Positions 9,957-18,901 of a stretch of DNA of 64,000 nt are shown piece after piece. The position numbers and the translations under genes were made by a program. Position 1 is the first letter of the stretch. Every line of letters begins with the position of its first letter. The DNA is from Escherichia phage UPEC03: sequence record MW250785. One strand, given 5' to 3'. The notes under the pieces are model-generated. The model had not been told where the DNA came from, searched no databases, and worked only from the letters and a program-made list of their open reading frames with translations.

Positions 9957-10292
9957 TTAAATTTTCTCGTATTTGAATTTTTCTAAAATTTCGTTAACTT
10001 TATTGCTTACTGCTTCGACTGTACGATCACACCCGAACTTACGCGCCAGGAGTTCAACGTATTCATCCATCGTAGTGAGTTTGGATTCTGCAACGTCAAA
10101 CGCAAGCGCATACATTACTGGATTCAATACTCGAACGATTTGGAGAGTATACTCGTTCAGTTCAAAACGTTCAAGATATTTTCGCAGAGAAAATACATCA
10201 AACGGTGCGGGGCGATCCTGGCTAAAGGGGATCGACTCCCCTAATGCATAGCGAGGCATAACAACACAGACTTCGGTTTTTAACTTATCCAT
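9957..10292 (-). CDS. Hypothetical protein (111 aa)
   Basis: ORF immediately upstream of the vWA gene, adjacent stop/start. Confidence 0.45.
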   Translation of the reverse strand: MDKLKTEVCVVMPRYALGESIPFSQDRPAPFDVFSLRKYLERFELNEYTLQIVRVLNPVMYALAFDVAESKLTTMDEYVELLARKFGCDRTVEAVSNKVNEILEKFKYEKI

Positions 10293-10804
10293 CAGTGATG
10301 ACTCTTTGATGTGTGTTCAAGGTTACGGAAGATGTTTCCATGTTCCAGTTGAGTTCCGATCGGGCCGCATTCATCGGAGTACGTGAATTCATAGATAAAC
10401 ACGCCGTCCTGATTGCCATACTTCGTGTTGTACTCTTCATACAACCACATTTTGATCAGAGCGTCTTTCTCTTCTGTGTCCAGATCGTACCAGTCTCGCC
10501 CGTCATACGCAAGCGCAATTTGAGGGTTTGAACGGTAGCGGGTTTCTGCGCTTTCTTCGGTTTCCCAGTCATAGCGTTTATCGTCGTAGAACGATTCAAA
10601 GCTATTACCCAGATGACCGCCTAAGTCACGGTGAACATGATTGACCACTTCTTCCGCTGTTAACGGAGGATTGTAGTAACCGCAGTTCGGAACGCAATCA
10701 CCCATCATTTCGCGCAGGTTGTCGATATTAGTCGGATCTTTCGGGAACCGGACGATGAAACTACTTGATGAACTGTTGCTCACAAAACCAGAACGGATTT
10801 TCAT
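10292..10804 (-). CDS. Hypothetical protein, conserved-N-terminus family (MKIRSGFVSNSSSSSFI...)
   Basis: Paralog of 6384-6857 in the first 17 aa; divergent acidic/aromatic C-terminus. Confidence 0.55.
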   Translation of the reverse strand: MKIRSGFVSNSSSSSFIVRFPKDPTNIDNLREMMGDCVPNCGYYNPPLTAEEVVNHVHRDLGGHLGNSFESFYDDKRYDWETEESAETRYRSNPQIALAYDGRDWYDLDTEEKDALIKMWLYEEYNTKYGNQDGVFIYEFTYSDECGPIGTQLEHGNIFRNLEHTSKSHH

Positions 10805-11034
10805 TTTACATCCTCAAATTGTAAGTTTTCTTTGGTTGCGTTCGCAATGGCTTTTTCGTTGCTCAGTGTTACTATGCGCAGACGTTCTCCAGTAAAGCCG
10901 TCGCATTCAGTGATACTTACCCAGTCAAAAGGTTTAGCCATTTCAATCGCACGTTCCAGCGATACGGTAGAACCGACCAAATCACTAAATGTATAGTAAT
11001 CTTCGCTTAAACTTTCAACAGTATAAATTTTCAC
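10801..11034 (-). CDS. Hypothetical protein (77 aa)
   Basis: Coupled small ORF (4-nt overlap). Confidence 0.4.
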   Translation of the reverse strand: MKIYTVESLSEDYYTFSDLVGSTVSLERAIEMAKPFDWVSITECDGFTGERLRIVTLSNEKAIANATKENLQFEDVK

Positions 11035-11273
11035 GATACTTTACCTTTTGTTTCAGATTTCAGGACGATGTTACTGTAAGGATCTTTTGCTACCAGTTCC
11101 CACAGGTCGCCAGGATGTTCCCCGCTACGGTAGACGGATGAACGGATGATTTCGTTAAACTTGCTCAGGGCTTCGTCTATGTCGTCATACCCGCATTTGA
11201 GAGGCTTACGGTTGCAACGAATGAAGAACATTTCGTTGGTATTCTCCCAGCGTTCGGCGTTTTTAACCTTCAT
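11031..11273 (-). CDS. Hypothetical protein (80 aa)
   Basis: Coupled small ORF. Confidence 0.4.
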   Translation of the reverse strand: MKVKNAERWENTNEMFFIRCNRKPLKCGYDDIDEALSKFNEIIRSSVYRSGEHPGDLWELVAKDPYSNIVLKSETKGKVS

Positions 11274-11542
11274 ACCGCCTCCATTTTACCAATGACTTCT
11301 TCGTATGTCACAGGGTTAGGTTCATAGCCGTTAGCGCCTATTGTATCGCCTACTCTGTTTCCTACTAAAGAAGCAACCGCAACTTTCTTGCCGTCTTTCC
11401 ACGCAGTGAAATGCAGATTATCCGCAACATACGGGAAGGTTTCGTGATTGTTCACCGCGTCGATGCAGTCCATAACGGTATCAGACGCGCAGATCAGATT
11501 ACCAGGTTCATAATCAACCAAACATTCAACAGTGTAAATCAT
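11270..11542 (-). CDS. Hypothetical protein (90 aa)
   Basis: ATG preceded by GAGGA and an upstream hairpin (11553-11575). Confidence 0.45.
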   Translation of the reverse strand: MIYTVECLVDYEPGNLICASDTVMDCIDAVNNHETFPYVADNLHFTAWKDGKKVAVASLVGNRVGDTIGANGYEPNPVTYEEVIGKMEAV

Positions 11543-11584
11543 AATAATTTCCTCACGAAAAAGCCCCTTTCGGGGCTTGATTAA

Positions 11585-11863
11585 TCAGTGTCCGAACACA
11601 CCACGAATAGACTCTGCGAACGCGTACAGTTCAGGGTTTTTCGCTTTCACTGTTTCGATTTGTTCCAGGATGTAATCTGGTTTGTATTTCGCACCGAACC
11701 AGCAGTAAGAGAAAGAACGATCCCACATGAACACGTTGTAGTATTCACCGTTACGCACTTCAACCATCACGTAACCTGGATTAGAACCCAGCGGGTAATC
11801 TTTCAGTAGATTAAATTTCGCACCAGCGCCAGTACATCCGTTAAACAGGTCATTAAAAGTCAT
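11585..11863 (-). CDS. Hypothetical protein (92 aa)
   Basis: ORF with ATG start. Confidence 0.45.
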   Translation of the reverse strand: MTFNDLFNGCTGAGAKFNLLKDYPLGSNPGYVMVEVRNGEYYNVFMWDRSFSYCWFGAKYKPDYILEQIETVKAKNPELYAFAESIRGVFGH

Positions 11864-11916
11864 GGTATGTTCCTTTTCAGTTTCGTTTCGGTAAAGCTAA
11901 TGTATCACTATCCTGG

Positions 11917-12453
11917 TCAGTATGCAATGTTTAATTTTGCAAATTTACCAAAATGTTTTATCGCTTCCCGATCGTATGCTTTTGCAGCCTCGTATTCGTC
12001 ACGATAGGAACCGATATGTTTAACCTTGCCGTCAATCTTTATCTGTGCAATGTAACGTATTCCAGTAGGTTGATCACGTACACATACACCCTTGAATCGA
12101 CTGGTTGCTACTCTTCGTTTAGTCCGGTTCTGACAGTTTCGGGATTGATCCGCTTCACGCAAGTTATCAATCCCGTCGCCAGCCTCAACACCATTTTTAT
12201 GATCAATCACATCAGGCAGTTTTCCGGTTGCAACGTAGTAGATGATTCGATGACGTAGATATCCTTTGCTTTTGAAATAAACGCGGGTATATCCTCCTTT
12301 AATCTTCGAACCTACTTCCTTTCCGATCAAGTCAGAACGTTTGTGTGACGTTCGTATAATTGTCCCCGTTTGTATATCAACAGAAACAGTTTTAAGGAAT
12401 TCGTCAATTCCTTTCTGTTCTTCTTCGATTGTTCTTAGTCCGTTGTGTGACAT
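11917..12453 (-). CDS. HNH endonuclease with C-terminal AP2-like DNA-binding domain (homing-endonuclease-like)
   Basis: HNH-type motif ...VIDHKNGVEAGDGIDNLREA...; AP2-like FKGVCVRDQPTGIRYIAQIKIDGKVKHIGSYRDEYEAAKAYD; paralog at 26069-26593; overlaps Dcm stop by 19 nt. Confidence 0.75.
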   Translation of the reverse strand: MSHNGLRTIEEEQKGIDEFLKTVSVDIQTGTIIRTSHKRSDLIGKEVGSKIKGGYTRVYFKSKGYLRHRIIYYVATGKLPDVIDHKNGVEAGDGIDNLREADQSRNCQNRTKRRVATSRFKGVCVRDQPTGIRYIAQIKIDGKVKHIGSYRDEYEAAKAYDREAIKHFGKFAKLNIAY

Positions 12454-13358
12454 AACACCTTCTTGATTTGTTTTGCTATAGCCTCGATTACTGGTATTGA
12501 AACAGAATTACCTGCTTGTTTATACGCTTGCATCTTGCTTTTGTTGATAATAAACGAATCTGGGAAACCCTGCAAACGAAAACACTCACGGGGAGTAAGT
12601 CTTCGGGGGTTCTTTCCTTCCTGCAATACCAGACATTGAACACCATCTTTATAGTAATTTGCAGTGATAGTCCCAGTGTGCGTAGAATCGCTTGTGACGG
12701 CCTGATAACCGAAACCCTTACCGTTTGCCTTATTTCGTTCCTTACGCTCTCTAAAGCCCTTCCATGCGTTATCTGACAGGGTGAACGAATCATCAGCATC
12801 TTCGAGGATGTCGCCTACGCGTGTAGGGGTACGCGGGGGAACCGGAAACGAAAAGAATACATCATCCAGGAAGCAGACAATAAACACGCGTTCCCGTCTT
12901 TGGGGTAGTCCGAAATCCTTTGTGTTCAGGCGTTGATAGAATACGTTATATCCTTCGGCCTCCAGAAGCCCGTAAATCGTTTTAAACGTCTTCCCCTTGT
13001 CATGGGTTAGCAGTTCAGGCACGTTCTCAAAGAACAACACACGGGGCTTTTTAGCGCGTATAATGCGGAGGATTTCGAAGAACACCGTACCGCGTACATC
13101 ATCAAAGCCCAGTTTCAATCCGGCTTTACTGAACGCCTGACACGGGAACCCCGCGAGCAGGATATCATGATCAGGTACTTTGTTTTCATCAATGGCGAAT
13201 AGATCACCCTGTAGGTTATCATCGCCCCAGTTTTCGATATATGTTTGCTGTGCGAACTTGTCGATTTCAGACGTTAAAAGGCATTCGACACCGCCGAACG
13301 CCTTATCAAATCCTAATCGAACCCCGCCCACACCAGCGCAGAGGTCAATTATTTTCAT
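12435..13358 (-). CDS. DNA (cytosine-5)-methyltransferase, Dcm-type
   Basis: Motif I DLCAGVGG, motif IV GFPCQAFS, ENV motif FFENVPEL; 307 aa. Confidence 0.85.
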   Translation of the reverse strand: MKIIDLCAGVGGVRLGFDKAFGGVECLLTSEIDKFAQQTYIENWGDDNLQGDLFAIDENKVPDHDILLAGFPCQAFSKAGLKLGFDDVRGTVFFEILRIIRAKKPRVLFFENVPELLTHDKGKTFKTIYGLLEAEGYNVFYQRLNTKDFGLPQRRERVFIVCFLDDVFFSFPVPPRTPTRVGDILEDADDSFTLSDNAWKGFRERKERNKANGKGFGYQAVTSDSTHTGTITANYYKDGVQCLVLQEGKNPRRLTPRECFRLQGFPDSFIINKSKMQAYKQAGNSVSIPVIEAIAKQIKKVLCHTTD

Positions 13359-13624
13359 ACGTCAAAATCAATCTCGTCGATTTTGTATGAGTTTTCGTCA
13401 ATGTCCGCCCATAGGGTTACATTAACGTGTTTGCTATCTTCGTACAACTGGCGACCATCAATCCCGCCCGTGTAATTGCTTTCGGTACGTTCAGTAACTT
13501 CCAGTCGGAGGCTATCGCGCATGATCTGAACAACAGCCTGTTCCAGTGTAACTGCGTCTGGGTTTTTGGTATCGCCCAGTACAACATCTTTAACGTTCAA
13601 AATAATATCAGTCATTAGTGCCAC
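13355..13624 (-). CDS. Hypothetical protein (89 aa)
   Basis: Coupled ORF between nucleotidyltransferase and Dcm genes. Confidence 0.4.
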   Translation of the reverse strand: MALMTDIILNVKDVVLGDTKNPDAVTLEQAVVQIMRDSLRLEVTERTESNYTGGIDGRQLYEDSKHVNVTLWADIDENSYKIDEIDFDV

Positions 13625-13857
13625 TCCGTTTTAATACCATGTCGGTATGCGTCAATCCCCAGCGGGGTAATCAGCAACCATGCTTTCGAATTATCGTGAT
13701 AGCCCGTTACCCTTCGAGCGTAACCTTTTTGAATCAGGGCATCACGCCCTGATTTGCTGGGTACGTCATCGAAATCTAAGTCTAGCACCTTAGTTGCATA
13801 TCCGTAAAGTTTATACAGAACATCAATTTCAGCGCCGGACAATTTAGGATACATCAT
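13615..13857 (-). CDS. Hypothetical protein (80 aa)
   Basis: Coupled ORF, overlaps both neighbours by a few nt. Confidence 0.4.
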   Translation of the reverse strand: MMYPKLSGAEIDVLYKLYGYATKVLDLDFDDVPSKSGRDALIQKGYARRVTGYHDNSKAWLLITPLGIDAYRHGIKTEWH

Positions 13858-14855
13858 TTGTAATACCCCACAACATGATCGCGGTATACGCGTTCGATGA
13901 AATCGTTCCAGAATTCGCGGTCAACTTCTTTCGGATATGTTGAAATCGCTGCAAGCCGTTCGACTTCGCCCATGACTTCTTCCAGCTTTTCCTGTACGGT
14001 TGCGAACGGTACGCCGCCAGCTTTAACCAGTTTCAGGAATGCGCTATCAGGCAGAGGATAAACGATATCACCATCTTTGTAAATCTGGATCAACTGCATA
14101 CCACCGCGCAACGCGTGACTTAAAGCCTTCCAGTCGATGCCGTTGTTGGCTTCTGCTTGTCGTGCGCGTTCTCCGTATTCATCCCAGAGTTTGTACACTG
14201 ACTTACGCATTTCATCGGCTTTGATCGTGAACTGGAATTTACGCCCCAGCACTTCATAGAAGTCCTGACAACCAGATTTCATTGTCGTGTCGGTAACGAA
14301 TCGGCAGAACTCGTTTGTAGGGAAACGATTCTTGATGTCAGACACTTTCACTTCACGCGTATAGCGTTTCATATCTGGTGTGAATTCCTGAATACCACCG
14401 ATCGTTTCGGTTTCTTTCAGTACATCGACAACTTCGCGCAGTGCAGCCAGTCGGGAACCTTTCACACCATATTTTGCGGCTTGCTTGCGAACATAACCGA
14501 ACAGGCCAGTTAGTTCAGTGGTGTAAAAACGCCAGCGGTTAGCGCGGATATACTGCCAGATTTCAGAGTTAGCGATCAGCTTGTCATCCGAAGCGTGAAG
14601 CATATCGAGCGCTACGGTATCACCATCACACGCAAGGCTGATAAACTTAGTCAGACTATACAACTGACGATCAACGTCGTCTACGGTGTTTTTAGAGCTT
14701 TTATCGCCCGTGCTGGTGTCGATAGACTTCTTCGCAGTGCCTAACAGGATTTCGCGAGGATGAGGGAGATAGATCCCTTTGTAGTCTTTATCGCTTGTTG
14801 GTGTTTCCAGTCCGTAAAGATGGGATCCAAAAATCATTTCAGTAATCATTTTCAT
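13854..14855 (-). CDS. Pol-beta superfamily nucleotidyltransferase-domain protein, function unknown
   Basis: N-terminal GSHLYGLETPTSDKDYKGIY matches the G[GS]x9-13Dx[DE] NTase signature; ATG at 14855 (listed 14870 start is TTG) overlaps HNH stop as TAATG. Confidence 0.6.
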   Translation of the reverse strand: MKMITEMIFGSHLYGLETPTSDKDYKGIYLPHPREILLGTAKKSIDTSTGDKSSKNTVDDVDRQLYSLTKFISLACDGDTVALDMLHASDDKLIANSEIWQYIRANRWRFYTTELTGLFGYVRKQAAKYGVKGSRLAALREVVDVLKETETIGGIQEFTPDMKRYTREVKVSDIKNRFPTNEFCRFVTDTTMKSGCQDFYEVLGRKFQFTIKADEMRKSVYKLWDEYGERARQAEANNGIDWKALSHALRGGMQLIQIYKDGDIVYPLPDSAFLKLVKAGGVPFATVQEKLEEVMGEVERLAAISTYPKEVDREFWNDFIERVYRDHVVGYYK

Positions 14856-15613
14856 TATACAAATCTCCAATAAAACCCTTTATGAGTTTTTCTTTTACCG
14901 TTACAGCATGAACTTACATGCCCTTTGTTATACCCCATTTCAACGGCTTCCACAATACCACCATTTAAAATAGTTTCTCTTTCTGTTTTGATACATTTCA
15001 TAATCAAAGGTTTTATCAATTCCGTCTTCTTTTGTGAAATATTAGCTAATGCAATTACATTTCTGATATCAGATTCACTCATTAAATCAGAAATCTTCTT
15101 TCTTAACCATACATAGCCTTGACTTTTGGCAAGTTTGCCGGAGCAACATTCATGAATATGACTAGGGTTAAATCCACGCAATTTCATTTCTTGCCGACCG
15201 CCTAATATGATAATCTCGTCTCCTGTTTCAAGGTTGAATCCGACAACTGGAATTATTTGCCGTTCCGACATTTTCTTTCTCGCTTCTTTCGTGAATATTG
15301 TAAGAGATTTTAATTTTCTCGCGTCGCTCATTTGCGAAGATGTCGTTTTGTATTTCTTAGTATTATGAGACATACGGAAAAAAGCATATCTCATTTTATC
15401 ACCAGCATACTTAGCAAGTAGATGATGAGCAAGATAATGCTCTTTATATGTTAAATATACTAAATTTTCGGGTTCATCAGTACCACCTAATGACTTAGCA
15501 ACGATATGGTGTATATCATAACCGCGCTTTCTATACTTTTTCGAGTAACCTTTAGGTATATCTCTTCTTTTTGCCAATGTAATTAGTTGGTCGTAAATAC
15601 GCTTATAGTTCAT
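14855..15613 (-). CDS. HNH homing endonuclease-like protein
   Basis: GYDIHHIVAKSLGGTDEPENLVYLTYKEHYLAHH HNH motif; ATG at 15613 with AAAGGAGAG SD (listed start is GTG). Confidence 0.75.
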   Translation of the reverse strand: MNYKRIYDQLITLAKRRDIPKGYSKKYRKRGYDIHHIVAKSLGGTDEPENLVYLTYKEHYLAHHLLAKYAGDKMRYAFFRMSHNTKKYKTTSSQMSDARKLKSLTIFTKEARKKMSERQIIPVVGFNLETGDEIIILGGRQEMKLRGFNPSHIHECCSGKLAKSQGYVWLRKKISDLMSESDIRNVIALANISQKKTELIKPLIMKCIKTERETILNGGIVEAVEMGYNKGHVSSCCNGKRKTHKGFYWRFV

Positions 15614-15743
15614 ACACTCTCCTTTAGGCGTATTTATCACTTAAAATCCGAACACGGTTTCCATAATCATTTTCATCAGAATTCAACCTTTAATGTTTTT
15701 GCGATCCCGCGCAATTCCGCGGTAGTAATAACAGGGATCATAA

Positions 15744-16016
15744 TCATTTCCTCACAGTTTCAAATTCTTCGTCAGATTTCCAGTACACGTTAAAGTTACG
15801 GCAATCGTGGTCGGAAGTCAACGTATATTTTTCTTTTGTTTTCTCGTCGGTGATCACCATCGTTTCATTCTCGATCGAGTCCACACCATAGACGAATACT
15901 TTATCACCGCGTTTATTCAGGAACGCTTCACCTGTTTCAACCAACTGCCAGCAGTTGACGGGTAAACCACCCGCACAGATCGGACGGTTTACGAGGCAGT
16001 AAGGACGTTTAATCAT
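15744..16016 (-). CDS. Hypothetical protein (90 aa)
   Basis: ORF with ATG start. Confidence 0.4.
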   Translation of the reverse strand: MIKRPYCLVNRPICAGGLPVNCWQLVETGEAFLNKRGDKVFVYGVDSIENETMVITDEKTKEKYTLTSDHDCRNFNVYWKSDEEFETVRK

Positions 16017-16207
16017 TTAAATTCTTCCATTGCATAGGAAGTAAGATCTTTGAAATACCTTGCGGTGTTGCCTTCTGGGTTGTTTGTAATCTCCATCAGG
16101 ATAACAGCACCATCAACTCCTGCTTTCTTAGCCATGAATGAAATGGCTTCGGTAGCAATAATCGTTGCTTTCATAACATCAGCTTTAGAAACGTTGATCG
16201 TATTCAT
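16013..16207 (-). CDS. Hypothetical protein (64 aa)
   Basis: First gene downstream of module copy 2. Confidence 0.4.
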   Translation of the reverse strand: MNTINVSKADVMKATIIATEAISFMAKKAGVDGAVILMEITNNPEGNTARYFKDLTSYAMEEFK

Positions 16208-16285
16208 TTTTCTTCCTTTTCATTATTCATGCGGTATGTGTATATAATACAAAAGCCCTCACGCGAACGCAAGGGCTTTTTTAAT
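16208..16285 (-). promoter_or_regulatory. Terminator-promoter-leader module (copy 2 of 6)
   Basis: Minus strand AAAAAAGCCC-TTGCGT-N17-TATTAT after NatV stop; hairpin 16251-16282. Confidence 0.45.
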
Positions 16286-16291
16286 CTTTTA

Positions 16292-17348
16292 TCAGAGTCC
16301 CGTGAAAGCTACAACGATTTGATAGTGGTCATCGAAGAATTCCCCTTGTCGTTGTACGACCTCATGTAAGGGCATCCAGAACGCCTCTAACGCATCGTCA
16401 GAACCGCCCATAATGCGGGGCAGACTACCATCATTGTTAGGCTCTAACTTGATGTACTGCGCCACAGTCGGTTTTGAGAAGTGTACGGAACGCTTCGGAT
16501 GATCGAACAACATCGAATTGCGGATTGAACCACGGATAACCTTTTCAGGAACCTTGATCCGTACCTCTTCGAGCAGTTCGCGGATCGCACAATCCAGGAA
16601 CGTTTCATTTGCGTTTTTGTGTCCGCCGGGAAGGGCTAACGCGTCTTTACCTGGGGCGAACTTACGACGAATTACCAGCAGGTGATTGTTGCACACAACC
16701 ACACTATCACCCGTGCAACAGTTTAGCGCGTCGGGGTATGGGTAGTTTTTGAATTTCTCCAATTCGCTTTCCCATTTCTCGTATTCGTAGAATAAACGCC
16801 AGAACGTGTCTTCCATCATCCATTTGTCGATATAATCAACGGTTGCTTGAGGAACAAAGCGCAACAGTTTCTTATCCCACCCGTTTTTATGGTTAAAGAT
16901 AATCGGACGCAGATCGGTTGCTGATAGATCCTTGCCGTTAATCTGGACAGGTGGAACTGGTACGTGTGTCCATCCGAACGCTTTAAGCCAGTATGAACCT
17001 GCATCTTTTTCGTAACCGTAGATAGCGATTTTGTCGCCTTTGGTTTCCCTGATAGCAGTACGAACAGAGGTTTTCCATTTCTCTTCGTTGTAAAGATAAT
17101 CTGGAATGTGCTCAAACTGAACACGAACAACATCTTCGATCGGGAAGTTAGCGTTTAACCATGAGAAGATCATGGTTTGACGCTCACGCGCCGTCAGCGG
17201 GTTTAAAACGTTAGGGTAAGCATATGCTGAACCCAGAAGGATGTAAACGATCTTTGCTTCTCCGAGTGCTTTACGCACCATTGCTGCATGACCATTATGG
17301 AAGGGTTGGAATCTGCCAATTACGACAGCTTTATCAAATTGTTTCATA
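16292..17348 (-). CDS. natV: Bifunctional NMN adenylyltransferase / Nudix hydrolase (NatV-like)
   Basis: N-terminal cytidylyltransferase motif GRFQPFHNGH; C-terminal Nudix box GGHKNANETFLDCAIRELLEEV; ATG at 17348 with GGAG SD (listed start is GTG). Confidence 0.8.
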
Positions 17349-17520
17349 ACGTGCTCCACGTTTAAAGGTTAATCATAAAACAGACGCAATCACCAATACA
17401 CCAAGAAAACCGCCAATAAAGCCGAAGAATAGCGAAATGAAGATAGTAAGGATGATCTGTTTTATGTTCATTGTAGTATTCTCGTTCGGAGAAAGCCCCC
17501 GCTCTGGGGGCTTTAAACCC

Positions 17521-18447
17521 TTATTTACGAGAATCGAAAATCACTTTACCAGCGTAATCAGAACCCATGACAGTTTGAGGTACACCGCCCTGATATTTTT
17601 CCGCGATGGTCTGCTGAACATCAAGTTCTTTCCAGCGAATCATTTCTGGTGTAATGGTACGCTGCAACACGGCGTTCGCTTCGGCTTCTTTCTTAGCCGC
17701 ATACAGACGGGCATCAGCATCACGCTCGTTAGCCTGTGCAGCATTGCTACGGGCTTCTTTATCGGCAATTGCCTGAACAACTGCCTGTTGAGCGATTTGC
17801 TCTTTACGTGCCAGTTCTGCTTTCTCTGCGTTCACCTGTTCTTCACGAATTTTCGTGTTTTCAACCTGCTTCTTGATCGCTTCCGGCAGGTCGATATCCT
17901 GCAAGAATACCTGTTTCACGGTGTAACCGTAAGGGCGGGCATACTCTTCAACTTCCTGCTGGATCGCGATCTGTAGCTGGCTTTGAACTTCTGCATTATA
18001 CAGATCCTGTGCTTTCGGTACAGATTTACCGAACTCACGGACAGTTGACAGAAGTTTTTCAGTCACATATTTATCCAGCGCCTGATCCTGACTACCCGCA
18101 TTGATACGGTTGATCGGGGCTTTGCTACCATCGAACTGTAACATCACGGTCATATCCACAGTGGATTTGAATTTATCCTGGGACGGAACCTGCAATTTGT
18201 CAAACTTCATTGCGATGTCTTTGGTGTTGAACACCTCGAAATCAGCCAGTGGATTTACCAGGTGGAAACCAGGCAGAACAGGCTTCGGTGAAACTTTACC
18301 CATGAAGGTTTGAGTTTTTACCGTACCATCCTGAACGATAGTGTACGAGTTCGGAACCAGCCACAGAGCGGCGATTACGCCCAGAGCGATCAGTGTGGTT
18401 TTCTTCGGGTTGTTTACGATAGTGTTTAAGTTCATCATTATTTCCAT
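17521..18447 (-). CDS. SPFH / Band 7 (prohibitin, HflC/K-like) membrane protein
   Basis: N-terminal TM segment LIALGVIAALWLV, SPFH-like core, A/E/K/Q-rich coiled-coil C-terminus. Confidence 0.7.
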   Translation of the reverse strand: MEIMMNLNTIVNNPKKTTLIALGVIAALWLVPNSYTIVQDGTVKTQTFMGKVSPKPVLPGFHLVNPLADFEVFNTKDIAMKFDKLQVPSQDKFKSTVDMTVMLQFDGSKAPINRINAGSQDQALDKYVTEKLLSTVREFGKSVPKAQDLYNAEVQSQLQIAIQQEVEEYARPYGYTVKQVFLQDIDLPEAIKKQVENTKIREEQVNAEKAELARKEQIAQQAVVQAIADKEARSNAAQANERDADARLYAAKKEAEANAVLQRTITPEMIRWKELDVQQTIAEKYQGGVPQTVMGSDYAGKVIFDSRK

Positions 18448-18508
18448 TGGGTTTATGTTTCAATTCGATAGTTATTCTATCATCACTTTTTCGCTTGTCA
18501 AACTCTTT

Positions 18509-18898
18509 TTAAGAAAGTTTTGTCAGCTTGTAAATCGTTTGATAGCACAAGCCTTTGATCTCGTCCAGGACGTTCTTCAATGAACTATCTACTGAATCAT
18601 AGATTTCGTTGGCTTCATCGGCTATTTTACGGAGATACGCGACCGTGTCAAGCACATTTTCTGTTTTTAATACGGGTTTGTATCGACCAGTAATGCCTAT
18701 ATGGATTTCGGTGAATTTATCAACCAAATCCTGCATATCTTCGTAAAACCCTTCAAATGCTTTATGCTGTGAATATGAACCAGTCGCAAAATGTGCGCTG
18801 TGCATATAGGTTACAGACATTAAGCAAGTGCCAATAAAGGCATCAATTTTACTCGCGGTATCGCGTTCTGTTACTTCGTTAAACGTCTGCATCTTCAT
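18509..18898 (-). CDS. Ferritin/Dps-like protein (tentative)
   Basis: HSAHFATGSYSQHKAFEGFYEDMQD resembles the Dps ferroxidase-site helix (two His 12 residues apart, then FE..YE..D); shorter than typical Dps. Confidence 0.4.
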   Translation of the reverse strand: MKMQTFNEVTERDTASKIDAFIGTCLMSVTYMHSAHFATGSYSQHKAFEGFYEDMQDLVDKFTEIHIGITGRYKPVLKTENVLDTVAYLRKIADEANEIYDSVDSSLKNVLDEIKGLCYQTIYKLTKLS

Positions 18899-18901
18899 CC
18901 C

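Noticed and set aside
11917-13358. Dcm plus HNH as a bona fide Type II restriction-modification system
   Set aside because: The HNH protein has an AP2 domain and a close paralog at 26069-26593 with no methylase, which fits homing endonucleases better; kept as a hypothesis in findings only
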